Positions 11,801 through 21,258 of a stretch of DNA of 64,000 bases are shown here, piece by piece (the stretch's first letter is position 1; each line of letters starts with the position of its first letter). This DNA comes from an uncultured Clostridia bacterium (GTDB lineage Bacteria; Bacillota; Clostridia; TANB77; CAG-508), in NCBI GenBank assembly GCA_948857205.1, contig CAQPRV010000107.1, positions 9,272 through 73,271 on the forward strand, in the 5' to 3' direction. Position numbers and translations under genes: made by a program. The notes under the pieces are model-generated. The model was given only the letters and a program-made list of their open reading frames with translations, had not been told where the DNA came from and did not search any database.

Positions 11801-12509
11801 ATTATCTACAATAATTCCTACTAAAACATCTGTAACTAAAATAAAGCAAATGCAAATAGAGGAAGAATTAGAAGCTAGCTTAGATGAATTCTTAGTTAAA
11901 GACACAGAGCTTGATAAGGAAAAGGATAATAAGCAATTTGAAAAAGAAACTTTTCCAGTACCAAAGTTTTTAAAAGAAGATGACAAAGAAAAGCTATCTT
12001 CAGCACAAAAAGGTACTTTAGTGCATTTGTGCCTTCAAAAGCTTGATGAGAAGAAAAATTATACAATTGAAGAGATTAAAGCTTTGATTTCAGAATTATT
12101 ACATAAGCAGATAATAACAAAAAAAGAAGCGGATTCAATATCTCCTTTTAAAATATTTGCTTTTACGAAATCTAATATTTGGAAAGAGCTAAAAAAAGCT
12201 AAAAAAATAGAGAAGGAGAAACCATTTTATATTAACGTTTCTGCAAAGGAAATTTTTAAACAAGAAGTTGATGATGATATTTTAGTTCAGGGTATTATAG
12301 ACTTATTTTATATTAATGAAAATAATGAACTAATTTTGGTTGATTATAAAACAGATTTTGTAGAAATTGGTAAGGAACAAGCTTTAATTAGTAAATATCA
12401 AAAACAATTAGATTTGTATAAAAGAGCTCTAGAAGAAGCACTAGATATGAAGGTTAGCAAGGTTTATATTTATTCTGTTTCTTTAGAAAAAGAATTATTA
12501 TGTAGTTAA
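8829..12509 (+). CDS. addA: ATP-dependent helicase/nuclease AddA
   Basis: WTKEQEQAI..., AAAGSGKT Walker A, UvrD-type helicase motifs, C-terminal RecB-type nuclease GIIDLFY...LVDYKTD, 1226 aa. Confidence 0.95.
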   Translation: MKWTKEQEQAIYEKNSNILVAAAAGSGKTAVLVERIIHKIIDEKIDIDKLLVVTFTNATASEMRERILDAIYKKIDEDPDNLNLQRQITLLNKASICTIDSFCLDIVRNYFYELENVSPNFRIGDTTEIELLKQEVIEEIFEKKYEEEDEAFTKLINTYTSYRDDTPLKEIILKIYNYIQSNPFPEKWLKEKIEMFNLKDINNEDFSNTIWGEELLKEVEEELIDDITTLQEVEKSLSYDPELDKFQKIIRSDIDMLQNLNKNLDNWDKAYEISQNISFITWSRKKVESQIKDEAKIIRDNVKQKYSKVIGKILICNSREAKQDIVDMYSTLQKLENIIIEFQKEFSKRKREKNLVDFNDIEHFALKILLKEVDGKIEPTQVAKKYKETYAEIAIDEYQDSNLVQEYILNAVSKGKNIFMVGDVKQSIYKFRQARPELFLEKYENYKTIENKKENEDLKIKLFKNFRSRDKVLKFTNEIFQNIMSSLLGDIEYNQEEYLNLGADYTTIEQNLNIELDIIDLKQDEEETKEEFEETEEGEEKEEQERIEDVELEARFVANKIKNLIENKFQIWDGKKNKYRDIQYKDIVILLRSTSNIAPVYEQEIIHLDMPVFSDSSQEYLASIEIQTIMSLLKIIDNPIQDLPLVTVLRSNIGKFTDDELVEIRLSDKYDNFYTCMQKAKMDVDIKLKNKIQNFFDLLSKWRKEQEYLALDELIWKIYLDTGYYNYVGLMPNGSLRQANLKMLFQRAKQYESSNFKGLYNFINFIEKLKLSSGDLGAAKLIGENDNVIRIMSIHKSKGLEFPVVFLSRTSKQFNLKDLNQNILLHQDMGIGVKYIDYEKQVQYDTLTKVALKNKILVETMSEEMRILYVALTRAKEKLFITGLTKAYDKEIEKIEQQVNQYPKCQNKINPILVKKYKKYLDWILLVYQYGKDTIKDIVDLKVYDKKELTSSFKSFEKKEIDVISLLDNYRLDEDRIKDISKTINWSYAHKLSTIIPTKTSVTKIKQMQIEEELEASLDEFLVKDTELDKEKDNKQFEKETFPVPKFLKEDDKEKLSSAQKGTLVHLCLQKLDEKKNYTIEEIKALISELLHKQIITKKEADSISPFKIFAFTKSNIWKELKKAKKIEKEKPFYINVSAKEIFKQEVDDDILVQGIIDLFYINENNELILVDYKTDFVEIGKEQALISKYQKQLDLYKRALEEALDMKVSKVYIYSVSLEKELLCS

Positions 12510-12662
12510 TTAAAAATAAAATAAACCAAATAATAAATCAAAAAGATTTTATCATAAATTATCTATTTATAATAAAAACTAAATCAAAAGCCTACATATG
12601 AGAAAAATATATTATATTATAAAATTTAAAAGATAATATTTCAATTAATTATCGTAACAATA

Positions 12663-12691
12663 TTGTAAAAAATGCCATTTTTTGCTATAAT
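12663..12691 (+). promoter_or_regulatory. Sigma-A type promoter
   Basis: TTGTAA, 17 nt, TATAAT. Confidence 0.55.
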
Positions 12692-12723
12692 ATAAACATA
12701 AATAAAAAATGGAGAGAAAAATT

Positions 12724-13200
12724 ATGAGTAGAATAAAAACATTTATTATATATGCAATATGGATAATAATATTTTTCATATTTTCAGAGCTGATTATTAA
12801 TGTTGGATTAAATTCAAGTTATAAAGATATGAGAAGTATAGGACAAATAGAACAAGTAAATATAGAACAAGCACAAGCAACTTTAATAAATGGAAGAATA
12901 AAAGGTACAATTAAAGATATAGAAAGTATAAATGGAAAATATTTAAAAATTGACATTTATTCAGAGAGAGGAGTACATTTAGGTTCAAAATATTATGATA
13001 TAAGCAATATGGGAGGAGAAGAAAATCGAGACTTTCAACTATATTTTAAAACTGAATATGCAAAATATTATAAAGTAAGTATTGTTGATGAGAAAAATAC
13101 AGAAGATGATTTAGATCAAAAAATTGAATTTATAGCAAAAGATCTTAGCAAACCTGAAATTTGGGTTGCAACTATTGTTACATTATTGATATTATGGTAG
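12724..13200 (+). CDS. Hypothetical membrane-anchored protein
   Basis: N- and C-terminal TM segments. The ATG at 12724 is preferred because GGAGAG sits 7 nt upstream; the track start 12709 overlaps that SD. Confidence 0.5.
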   Translation: MSRIKTFIIYAIWIIIFFIFSELIINVGLNSSYKDMRSIGQIEQVNIEQAQATLINGRIKGTIKDIESINGKYLKIDIYSERGVHLGSKYYDISNMGGEENRDFQLYFKTEYAKYYKVSIVDEKNTEDDLDQKIEFIAKDLSKPEIWVATIVTLLILW

Positions 13201-13242
13201 CTTGATATTATACATAGATTAATTTTATAAATTTAACCACAT

Positions 13243-13281
13243 GAAAAAATCTGAAGAATTTTTTATTTTTCAGATTTTTTC
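13243..13281. terminator. Bidirectional terminator
   Basis: Arms gaaaaaatctgaa / ttcagatttttt. Confidence 0.6.
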
Positions 13282-13317
13282 TGTTTGTAAGTTTCAAGCT
13301 AAGTCAGGGTATAATTA

Positions 13318-15033
13318 CTAAATTTTAGGTTGCACATTTAAAGTTTTATTATTACTATATATAACCATTCCTGGTTTACTGCCTTTAGGTTTTTTTACAA
13401 ATTTTACTTCACAATAATCAACAGGTACATTTGAGGAATCACGAGCTTTACTATGAAAAGCAACAATTTGAGCACACTTAATTAAAACGATATCACTAGG
13501 AACTTTTCCATCAACAAATAAAATTGCATGACTTCCATGAATATCTTTTGTATGAAACCATAAATCAGTTTTTTTCGCAAACTTTAATGTCAAATAATCA
13601 TTTTCTTTATTATTTCTGCCAACTAATAGAGTAAAACCGTCAATAGTATATTTGATAGGATTAAAAGTTACATTTTTATTTTTAGTGAGTGTAGATTTTT
13701 TTACTTTAGGGCTTTTTTTGTAAGAAACATTATCTTTAAAAATAACATTTTCAGTTATTTCTTCAAAAATACTTAAAACTTCATCTAAATTTGATGCTCT
13801 TTCTAATTCATAAACAATACTTTCTATATAATTTAATTCTTTTTCAGTTTCAGTTTTTTGAATAGTTACTACTTCTAAAGCATTTTTTAATTTATTATAC
13901 TTTTTAAAATATCTTTTAGCATTAACACTTGGAGTATATTTAATATCTAAAGGAATAGATATTAAATTATTATTATCATAATAATTTTCTAAGGTGATAT
14001 TAGATATATTATGATTTTTTATTTTGTATAAATTAGTTGTAATTAATTCACCATATAATTTATATAAATCCATATTTTCGCAATTTTCTAATTTTTCATT
14101 TATATTAAATAGTCTTTTTTTATATTTTTTTAAGGTATTTAAAATCATTTTTAAAATACTATTTCTATAATTTTTAAAGTCTTCATCTGATTCTTTTGAA
14201 AAGTAATAATCATCTATATAAAAATTTAATTCAAAGCTTTCATTAGAATTAGAAGGAACTAAAGTATAATCTATAATAGTGTCATTTTTATAAATTGATT
14301 CGAATTTTAATTTATTAGAATCAGTTAGATTTATAATCTTTATGATATATAAATATATTTTTTCTAAATTATCACTATTTAGTTCATTCACTTTTAGTTT
14401 TTTTATGATATTATCTATAAATGTTTTCGAAATTCCATTATAAGTATTAGATATATTAGTTGATATATCTTCTAAATTTTCTATATTAAGTGGTTTTACA
14501 AATTCTTTAAAATTTTTAATTTCCAATATATTTAGCTTTGTAACAGGTGGATATATATATTTTGTATGTGGCGAAATATTTCTAGAACTATTTTCTGAAT
14601 TTATATGTCTTATACAATCTATTATAATATTTTGTTCATCAATTAGTATTATGTTACAATGTTTTCCCATTAATTCTATTATTAATTTTTTTGTAATTAT
14701 ATCGTCTACATCATCAAAACCTTCAAATTCAATTGTTATTATTCTTTCAAGGTTGTTTGTTATTATGTTTTTTATATGTAGACCTATTAAGTGTTTTCTT
14801 AGTACCATACAAAAGTTAGGGGCTACCTTTGGATTTTTTCTAGCATGTGTTGTTATATGATATCTATAATTTTTTGGATCTATATTTATATTTAGTGCAT
14901 AATTTTTTCCATTATGATAAAAACCTAATATAATATTGTTTTTATTAGGTTGGTAGATTTTATCTATTCTTGCTCCAGATAGTTGTTGTAATTCTGAAGC
15001 TATTGCTTTTGTTACAATTCCATCAAATGCCAT
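13318..15033 (-). CDS. rqcH: Ribosome quality-control protein RqcH (FbpA/NFACT family)
   Basis: MAFDGIVTKAI...GARIDKIYQP N-terminal NFACT-N domain. The C-terminal part GRNNKENDYLT...WFHTKDIHGSH is DUF814/NFACT-R. Confidence 0.85.
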   Translation of the reverse strand: MAFDGIVTKAIASELQQLSGARIDKIYQPNKNNIILGFYHNGKNYALNINIDPKNYRYHITTHARKNPKVAPNFCMVLRKHLIGLHIKNIITNNLERIITIEFEGFDDVDDIITKKLIIELMGKHCNIILIDEQNIIIDCIRHINSENSSRNISPHTKYIYPPVTKLNILEIKNFKEFVKPLNIENLEDISTNISNTYNGISKTFIDNIIKKLKVNELNSDNLEKIYLYIIKIINLTDSNKLKFESIYKNDTIIDYTLVPSNSNESFELNFYIDDYYFSKESDEDFKNYRNSILKMILNTLKKYKKRLFNINEKLENCENMDLYKLYGELITTNLYKIKNHNISNITLENYYDNNNLISIPLDIKYTPSVNAKRYFKKYNKLKNALEVVTIQKTETEKELNYIESIVYELERASNLDEVLSIFEEITENVIFKDNVSYKKSPKVKKSTLTKNKNVTFNPIKYTIDGFTLLVGRNNKENDYLTLKFAKKTDLWFHTKDIHGSHAILFVDGKVPSDIVLIKCAQIVAFHSKARDSSNVPVDYCEVKFVKKPKGSKPGMVIYSNNKTLNVQPKI

Positions 15034-15224
15034 TTTCTTTCTCCTTTTTTATAAAATAATATCATATAAATTTTATTATGGCAATCAATTAAAAATCAAG
15101 TACATAAATGTAACAAATTTTTAATTTATTGTCATAAAATACTTGTAATTTTTTTGAAATTGTGTAATAATAAAAAATACAAATAGGAAAAAGACTAAAA
15201 AAAAGAGGATTAAGTTTATACTAT

Positions 15225-15435
15225 TTGAAAGAGAAAAGAAGTCATAGGTTGTAAACTTCTTACAAAAAAGGTAAACTGAAGGTAGCTTTTTTGTCAATAT
15301 TCTGAAAAAAGTAAGAGTATTCGCTTAAGTAGCGTTAAAAACTAATTAAGATATAATTTTAGAAAAATAAATTATAATTAAGGTGGTACCGTGAGTATAA
15401 ACTCGCCCTTATGAATAGGGGCGAGTTTATTTGTA
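15225..15435 (+). promoter_or_regulatory. T-box leader (Val) with terminator
   Basis: AGAGA bulge motif and a conserved distal loop. The T-box sequence AGGTGGTACCGTG lies at 15381..15393. The terminator is aaactcgccc/ggggcgagttt. A GUA triplet at 15282..15284 is a tentative specifier. Confidence 0.8.
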
Positions 15436-15506
15436 TAATAATAAAGTTATATGACTTTATATTATATAAAAATGTTAAATTATATAAAAATGGAAGGGGT
15501 TAAAAA

Positions 15507-18182
15507 ATGGAAGATAAAAGATTAAAGGATAATTATAATCCAAAAGAATTTGAAGATGATTTATATAGAGAGTGGGAAGAAAAAGGATATTTTAGACCTA
15601 GTATGGATAAAACAAAAGAAAGTTATTGTATAATGATGCCACCTCCAAATGTAACAGGAAAACTACATATGGGGCATGCACTTGATGACACAATTCAAGA
15701 TGTTTTAATTCGTTTTAAAAGAATGCAAGGATATAATACTTTATGGTTACCAGGTTCTGACCATGCAGCTATTGCAACTGAAGTTAAAGTAGTAGAAAAA
15801 ATGAAAAAAGAAGAAGGGCTTACAAAATCAGATATAACAAGAGAACAATTTTTAGAAAGAGCATGGGCTTGGACAAAAGAATATGGAGGAACTATTCAGC
15901 AACAACAAAAAAAATTAGGATGTTCTTGTGACTGGGAAAGAAATAGATTTACATTAGATGAAGGGTTATCAGAAGCAGTAATAGAGCAATTTATTACATT
16001 ATACAATAAGGGATTAATTTATAAAGGTAAAAAAATGATTAACTGGTGTCCATCATGTCATACAACTATTTCAGATGCAGAAGTTGAATATGAAGATGAA
16101 GCATCACATTTATGGCATATAAGATATAAAATAAAAGATACTGAAAAATATATTATTGTAGCAACAACAAGACCAGAAACAATGTTAGGAGATACAGCTA
16201 TAGCAGTACATCCAGAGGATGAAAGATATAAAGACTTAATTGGTAAGAAAGCTATTCTTCCAATAATGAATAAAGAGATTCCTGTAATTGCGGATGAATT
16301 TGTAGAAAAAGAATTCGGAACAGGTTGTGTAAAAATTACACCAGCACATGATCCAAACGATTATCAAGCAGGATTAAGGCATAATTTAGAAATTATTGAA
16401 GTTTTTGATGATAGTTCAATAATGGGAGATTTAGTTTCAGAATATAAAGGAATGAAAGCAATTGATGCAAGAAAACATATAGTTAAGAAATTAGAAGAAA
16501 TTGGAGCTTTAGTAAAAATAGAAGATTACAATCACAATGTTGGAAAATGCTATAGATGTCATAATACAATAGAACCAAGAATATCTGAACAATGGTTTAT
16601 TAGTATGAAAGATTTAGCTAAAAAAGCTGCTGATGTTGTTAGAAAAGATGAAGTAAGATTTGTACCAAAAAGATATGAAAAAATGTACTTTAATTGGCTA
16701 GATAATATTCAAGATTGGTGTATATCAAGACAATTGTGGTGGGGACATAGAATTCCTGTATATTATTGTGATGAATGTGGTCATATGAATGTAGAAAAAC
16801 AAACTCCAGCAAAATGTGAAAAATGTAATTCTAATAAATTACACCAAGATGAAGATTCATTAGATACATGGTTTAGTTCGGCTTTATGGCCATTTTCAAC
16901 TTTAGGTTGGCCGAATATAGAATCAGATGACTATAAAATGTTTTATCCAACTAATGTTTTAGTTACAGGATATGATATAATTACCTTTTGGATATCAAGA
17001 ATGATGACACAGGGAATAGAACTAACTAATAATAATCCATTTAAAGATGTAGTAGTACATGGAATTGTTAGAGATTCACAAGGAAGAAAAATGTCAAAAT
17101 CTTTAGGAAATGGAATTGATCCAATTGAAATTATAGAACAATATGGAGCAGATAGCTTAAGGTTTTCTGTATTATCTGGAACTACTATGGGTAATGATAT
17201 TAGATATATGCCTGAAAAATTAGAACAAGCTTCAAATTTTGCAAACAAATTATGGAATGCGGGAAAATTTATAATAAATAATATATCAACAAAAGAAGAA
17301 ATAATGGAATTTGCTGAAGCAATAAAAGATAAAGAAACTGGTAAATATAGGGCAGATAAACTAAAAATACAAGATAGATGGATTTTAAATAAACTTGATA
17401 ATTTAATAATAACAGTTACTAAAAATATTGAGGAATATGATTTAGGAATTGCATTAGATAATATTTATAGTTTTGTTTGGAATGAGTTCTGTGATTGGTA
17501 TATTGAAATGGCAAAAACTCGATTATATAGCGAAAATAAGCAAGAAAAATTGCAAGTTAGTTTTATATTAAATTATGTTTTTGGAGATATTTTAAAATTA
17601 TTACATCCTTTTATGCCTTTTGTTACATCAAAGCTTTATTCTAATCTTGTAAATTATGATGATAAGGAATTAATGATTTCTAATTGGCCAAAAATGAAAC
17701 AAAGGGTAGACTATGATGAAAATAAGGATATAATTGAAAAAGTTAAAGAAATTATTATTGAAATAAGAAACATCAGGAATAATAAAAATATTCATCCAAG
17801 TAAAAAATCAGAATTAATTTTTGTAACAATTCAATTTACAGAAGAGTTAATACAGATGGAAGAGATTCTTTTAAAATTAGGCTTTGGAGATAAAATTATT
17901 ATAAAGAAAGATAAATGTGAGCTTCCAAAGAATGCAATTAATATTATTAAAGATGGTATAGAACTTTATATTCCTTTAAATGGATTAATTGATTTACAGG
18001 AGGAACATAATAGATTATTACAAGAGAAAGAACGTTTAGAAGCAGAAGTTGCTAGATGTGAAAAAATGTTATCAAATCCTGGTTTTGTTAATAAGGCTCC
18101 TGAGTCAAAGATAAATGAAGAAAAGGCAAAACTTGAAAAGTATAAAGAGATGCTACAAAAAGTTATTGATAGCTTGTCATAA
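15507..18182 (+). CDS. valS: Valine--tRNA ligase
   Basis: PPPNVTGKLHMGHA (HIGH), KMSKS, C-terminal coiled coil, 891 aa. Confidence 0.97.
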   Translation: MEDKRLKDNYNPKEFEDDLYREWEEKGYFRPSMDKTKESYCIMMPPPNVTGKLHMGHALDDTIQDVLIRFKRMQGYNTLWLPGSDHAAIATEVKVVEKMKKEEGLTKSDITREQFLERAWAWTKEYGGTIQQQQKKLGCSCDWERNRFTLDEGLSEAVIEQFITLYNKGLIYKGKKMINWCPSCHTTISDAEVEYEDEASHLWHIRYKIKDTEKYIIVATTRPETMLGDTAIAVHPEDERYKDLIGKKAILPIMNKEIPVIADEFVEKEFGTGCVKITPAHDPNDYQAGLRHNLEIIEVFDDSSIMGDLVSEYKGMKAIDARKHIVKKLEEIGALVKIEDYNHNVGKCYRCHNTIEPRISEQWFISMKDLAKKAADVVRKDEVRFVPKRYEKMYFNWLDNIQDWCISRQLWWGHRIPVYYCDECGHMNVEKQTPAKCEKCNSNKLHQDEDSLDTWFSSALWPFSTLGWPNIESDDYKMFYPTNVLVTGYDIITFWISRMMTQGIELTNNNPFKDVVVHGIVRDSQGRKMSKSLGNGIDPIEIIEQYGADSLRFSVLSGTTMGNDIRYMPEKLEQASNFANKLWNAGKFIINNISTKEEIMEFAEAIKDKETGKYRADKLKIQDRWILNKLDNLIITVTKNIEEYDLGIALDNIYSFVWNEFCDWYIEMAKTRLYSENKQEKLQVSFILNYVFGDILKLLHPFMPFVTSKLYSNLVNYDDKELMISNWPKMKQRVDYDENKDIIEKVKEIIIEIRNIRNNKNIHPSKKSELIFVTIQFTEELIQMEEILLKLGFGDKIIIKKDKCELPKNAINIIKDGIELYIPLNGLIDLQEEHNRLLQEKERLEAEVARCEKMLSNPGFVNKAPESKINEEKAKLEKYKEMLQKVIDSLS

Positions 18183-18193
18183 GTTTGATATAT

Positions 18194-18229
18194 AAATTTG
18201 GACTACTAATTATTTAGTAGTCCAAATTT
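18194..18229. terminator. Bidirectional terminator between valS and cotJC
   Basis: Arms aaatttggactact / agtagtccaaattt. Confidence 0.7.
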
Positions 18230-18242
18230 AAGTGCTTTTTTC

Positions 18243-18869
18243 TTAATTGCAACCACAATTGTTGTTATTTGAGTCATATGGTTTCATGTCATTCATATAG
18301 AATTTCTTTTCAGCTAATTTATCTTGAACGCCTCTAAGCGCTTCTCCAAATCTTTGGAAGTGTACTACTTCTCTTTGTCTTAAATATCTTAATGGATCTA
18401 GTACTTCTGGATTATCACGACATAGGTCAATTAACTTTTCATATGTTGCTCTTGCTTTTTGTTCTGCAGCTAAATCTTCTTGTAAGTTGGCAATAGGGTC
18501 ACCTTTACATGCAATATATGCTGCAGTAAATGGTACTCCTGCTGCTGATGATGGATATACATCTACTCCATGATCTGTATAATATGCACTTAATCCAGCT
18601 TTTTCAATTTCTTCAATAGAAGCGTCTTTTGTTAGCTGGTGTACAATTGTTCCAACCATTTCTAAGTGAGCTAATTCTTCAGTACCTATATCATTTAATA
18701 TAGCTTTTGATTTTTGATCTGGCATACCGAATCTTTGAGATAAATATCTTAGAGAAGCTGCAAGTTCTCCATCAGGTCCACCATATTGTGATATAATAAC
18801 TTTAGCTAATCTTGGATCAGTACATTTTATATTAATTGGATATTGTAATGTTTTATTATAAGTCCACAT
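18243..18869 (-). CDS. cotJC: Spore coat protein CotJC (Mn-catalase family)
   Basis: MWTYNKTLQYP...QYGGPDGELAASLRYLSQRF is near-collinear with B. subtilis CotJC as I recall it. The start is set at MWTY (18869), which follows an AGGGGG SD by 8 nt, rather than at track start 18890. Confidence 0.9.
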   Translation of the reverse strand: MWTYNKTLQYPINIKCTDPRLAKVIISQYGGPDGELAASLRYLSQRFGMPDQKSKAILNDIGTEELAHLEMVGTIVHQLTKDASIEEIEKAGLSAYYTDHGVDVYPSSAAGVPFTAAYIACKGDPIANLQEDLAAEQKARATYEKLIDLCRDNPEVLDPLRYLRQREVVHFQRFGEALRGVQDKLAEKKFYMNDMKPYDSNNNNCGCN

Positions 18870-18895
18870 TAGAAATTCCCCCTTTCCCAAGGCCA
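18869..18895 (-). other. cotJB: Detached 3' end of cotJB (encodes W-PWERGNF-stop, stop overlapping the cotJC ATG as TAATG)
   Basis: The minus strand reads TGG CCT TGG GAA AGG GGG AAT TTC TAA TG. PWPWE is the conserved CotJB C-terminal signature, and it is missing from the upstream cotJB ORF. Confidence 0.75.
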
Positions 18896-18916
18896 GTTTT
18901 CGTTTTGTTTGGAGGA
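18878..18916. other. Left recombination junction of the intervening element (att-like)
   Basis: Minus strand: TCCTCCAAACAAAACGAAAAC-TGG-CCTTGGGAAAGGGGG. The element-side half is an imperfect inverted repeat of the right end. Confidence 0.65.
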
Positions 18917-18937
18917 ACTATTTGTTTATATGATTTT

Positions 18938-19039
18938 TATATCCATATTTATTATTAAAGTGGATATAAAATGGGCTTCAAATGGATACCTTTAATATAT
19001 CCACTTGGGGCTTTTTTTCATATCTTTAAAGTGGATATT
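18938..19039. promoter_or_regulatory. Array of five TATCCA(C/T)-core motifs (DnaA-box-like; AAAGTGGATAT) just inside the element's left end
   Basis: tatatccata 18938..18947, aaagtggatata 18957..18968, aatggatacc 18981..18990, atatatccactt 18995..19006, aaagtggatatt 19028..19039. Confidence 0.4.
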
Positions 19040-19269
19040 TTGACAGACTTCTAATATGCCAAAAATAAACAAAAACTCAAAAAAAGTTGTTTGGAGTTTA
19101 AAGGGTATGATACAGGAAAAGGGATTTTTACAAAATTAAGTGTGTATATTGTTAGTGGTTTTGATATGGATATGTGGCTGATTAAAATTAATGTAAAAAT
19201 TTGTTGAAGATATGAATTTTTTATGATAACATACTATTAATATTTATTTAAGTAATTAGGAGATTTGTA

Positions 19270-19800
19270 ATGAAATTATATGTACTTAGACATGGTGAAA
19301 CTAATATGGGTAAAAATGAAATTATAGCAACTGAAGATGAGCCGTTAAATGAAACAGGTATCCAACAAGCTATAGCAGTTGGAAAAGATATTAAAAAGTT
19401 AAATATCAATAAAATATTTTGTTCTCCAATACCAAGAACGGAACATACATTAAAATTATTTGGATTAAACAAAAATATTCCTGTGATAATTGAAAATAGA
19501 ATAAAAGAACGAAATATGGGAATATATGAAAAAGTTCCTTTCAAGCAACTTAAATGGGATGAATTTTGGAATTATAATTCAGATAGATTATATCCAGAAT
19601 TAGAAACTATGAAAAGTGTATATGAAAGGATATCTGATTTTCTAGATGAATTAAAATCAAGTAATAGTGATGATAATATTTTATTAGTTACACATGGAGG
19701 AATATCAAGAGCAATTTATTGGTATTTTAATGGTATTCCTGAAAATGGGAACTCTTCAAATATTAATGAAAACTGTAAAATCTATAATTATGAACTATAA
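19270..19800 (+). CDS. Histidine phosphatase (phosphoglycerate mutase-like) family protein
   Basis: LRHGET catalytic motif at the N-terminus and a later THGG. Confidence 0.8.
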   Translation: MKLYVLRHGETNMGKNEIIATEDEPLNETGIQQAIAVGKDIKKLNINKIFCSPIPRTEHTLKLFGLNKNIPVIIENRIKERNMGIYEKVPFKQLKWDEFWNYNSDRLYPELETMKSVYERISDFLDELKSSNSDDNILLVTHGGISRAIYWYFNGIPENGNSSNINENCKIYNYEL

Positions 19801-19816
19801 AGAAAGGATTTAAAAA

Positions 19817-21256
19817 ATGAGAATTGGTATAGATATAGATAACTGCATATCTAATTTTGATGATACATTATTAAAAGAATATTTAAAACATGATAAAGAG
19901 TTAAGAAACACAGGAATTATAAATGAAAATCTAGAAAATTTAAGAAAAGGAATGTTTGATTGGACAGATGAAGAAGAAACAAGTTTTTATAATTCAAATA
20001 TTGAAAAGTTTGCGAAAAATCTAAAACCAATAGAAGATTCATCTTATTACATAAAAAAATTAAAAGAAGATGGACACGAAATATATATAATAACTGGAAG
20101 AAATAATGGAGAATACACAAATCCTTATGAATTAACTATTGAATGGCTAGCTAAATACAATATTGTTTATGATAAATTAATACTTACAGATGCCTATGAC
20201 AAACATGCAAAAACTGTAGTATGTTTAGAAAATAATATTGATTTAATGATTGAAGATAATACAAGAATAAGTTTAGATTTAAAAAATAATGGAATTAAAG
20301 TTTTTACAATGAATACAAGATATAATCAAAAAGAAAAAACATTAGATAGAGTTTCAAAGTGGAAAGAAATATACGAAAGAATATCAAAATTAAATAAAAA
20401 AGGTGATAAGCAAAAAGTAAATGTTATTTTGGATACAGATATTTACAATGAATGTGGTGATCAATTTGCTCTTTCCTATTTACTAAAATCACAAGATAAA
20501 TTTAATATTGAGGCAATTACAGTAGCACCATATCATCATGATAATAGTATCTCTATTGAGGAAGGAACTGATAAAAGTTATAATGAAATCATTAAAATAT
20601 GTAATTGGTTAAATTTTGACTGGACTAATAAAGTATTTAAAGGTTCAACAGACTATGTAATAAATGATTATAACAAAGAAAATGATGCAGTAAATAAAAT
20701 AATTGAAATTGCAAATAAGAATAATAAAACTTATATTTTAGCAATAGGAGCAATAACAAATTTAGCTATTGCCATAAAAAAAGAACCTAAAATAATTGAT
20801 AAAATTGAAGTTATTTGGCTTGGAGGAAATAGTTTTTTAAGTAAAGATAATAAGGAATTTAATTTTAAACAAGATGTACAAGCTGTAAGAACTATTTTTG
20901 CATCAAAAGTGAAATTAACTATTATTCCTTGTAAAAATGTAGCATCAAATTTAAGAACATCAATATATGAACTAGAACATTTCTTAAAAGGAACAAGTGA
21001 ATTATGCGACTATCTATGCCAAAGATTTTATGATGATGGTGTGCATGGTATTCAAGAAAGAAGAGTTATTTGGGATATTAGTGTTATAGCTTATATAATT
21101 AACAAAGAATGGTTTGAAACTAATGAAATTAGTTGTCCAAATATTAATGATGATACATCTTATGAACTAACAGAAAATAACCATAAAATAACAATTGTTA
21201 ATTATTTGAATGTTGATAAAATATTTAAAGATTTATTTAAGAAATTAGGAGAATAG
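19817..21256 (+). CDS. Fusion protein: HAD-type 5'(3')-deoxyribonucleotidase-like N-domain plus inosine-uridine nucleoside hydrolase-like C-domain
   Basis: N-terminal GIDIDNC (DxDx motif I, NT5C-like). From about residue 200, VILDTDIYNECGDQFALSYLL and AIGAITNLAIAIKKEP resemble the IU_nuc_hydro blocks. It is a single uninterrupted 479-aa ORF. Confidence 0.65.
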   Translation: MRIGIDIDNCISNFDDTLLKEYLKHDKELRNTGIINENLENLRKGMFDWTDEEETSFYNSNIEKFAKNLKPIEDSSYYIKKLKEDGHEIYIITGRNNGEYTNPYELTIEWLAKYNIVYDKLILTDAYDKHAKTVVCLENNIDLMIEDNTRISLDLKNNGIKVFTMNTRYNQKEKTLDRVSKWKEIYERISKLNKKGDKQKVNVILDTDIYNECGDQFALSYLLKSQDKFNIEAITVAPYHHDNSISIEEGTDKSYNEIIKICNWLNFDWTNKVFKGSTDYVINDYNKENDAVNKIIEIANKNNKTYILAIGAITNLAIAIKKEPKIIDKIEVIWLGGNSFLSKDNKEFNFKQDVQAVRTIFASKVKLTIIPCKNVASNLRTSIYELEHFLKGTSELCDYLCQRFYDDGVHGIQERRVIWDISVIAYIINKEWFETNEISCPNINDDTSYELTENNHKITIVNYLNVDKIFKDLFKKLGE

Positions 21257-21258
21257 AA

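Noticed and set aside
8777-12000. Several 60-125-aa minus-strand ORFs inside addA (8777..9070, 10252..10623, 10819..11073, 11795..11986)
   Set aside because: All are antisense to a well-supported 1226-aa gene and have Leu/Phe/Ile-rich nonsense composition. The many other short antisense ORFs in the track are rejected for the same reason, for example 3641..4294, 14651..14860, 16943..17248, 34714..35286, 51545..52580, 53456..54766 and 59700..60182.
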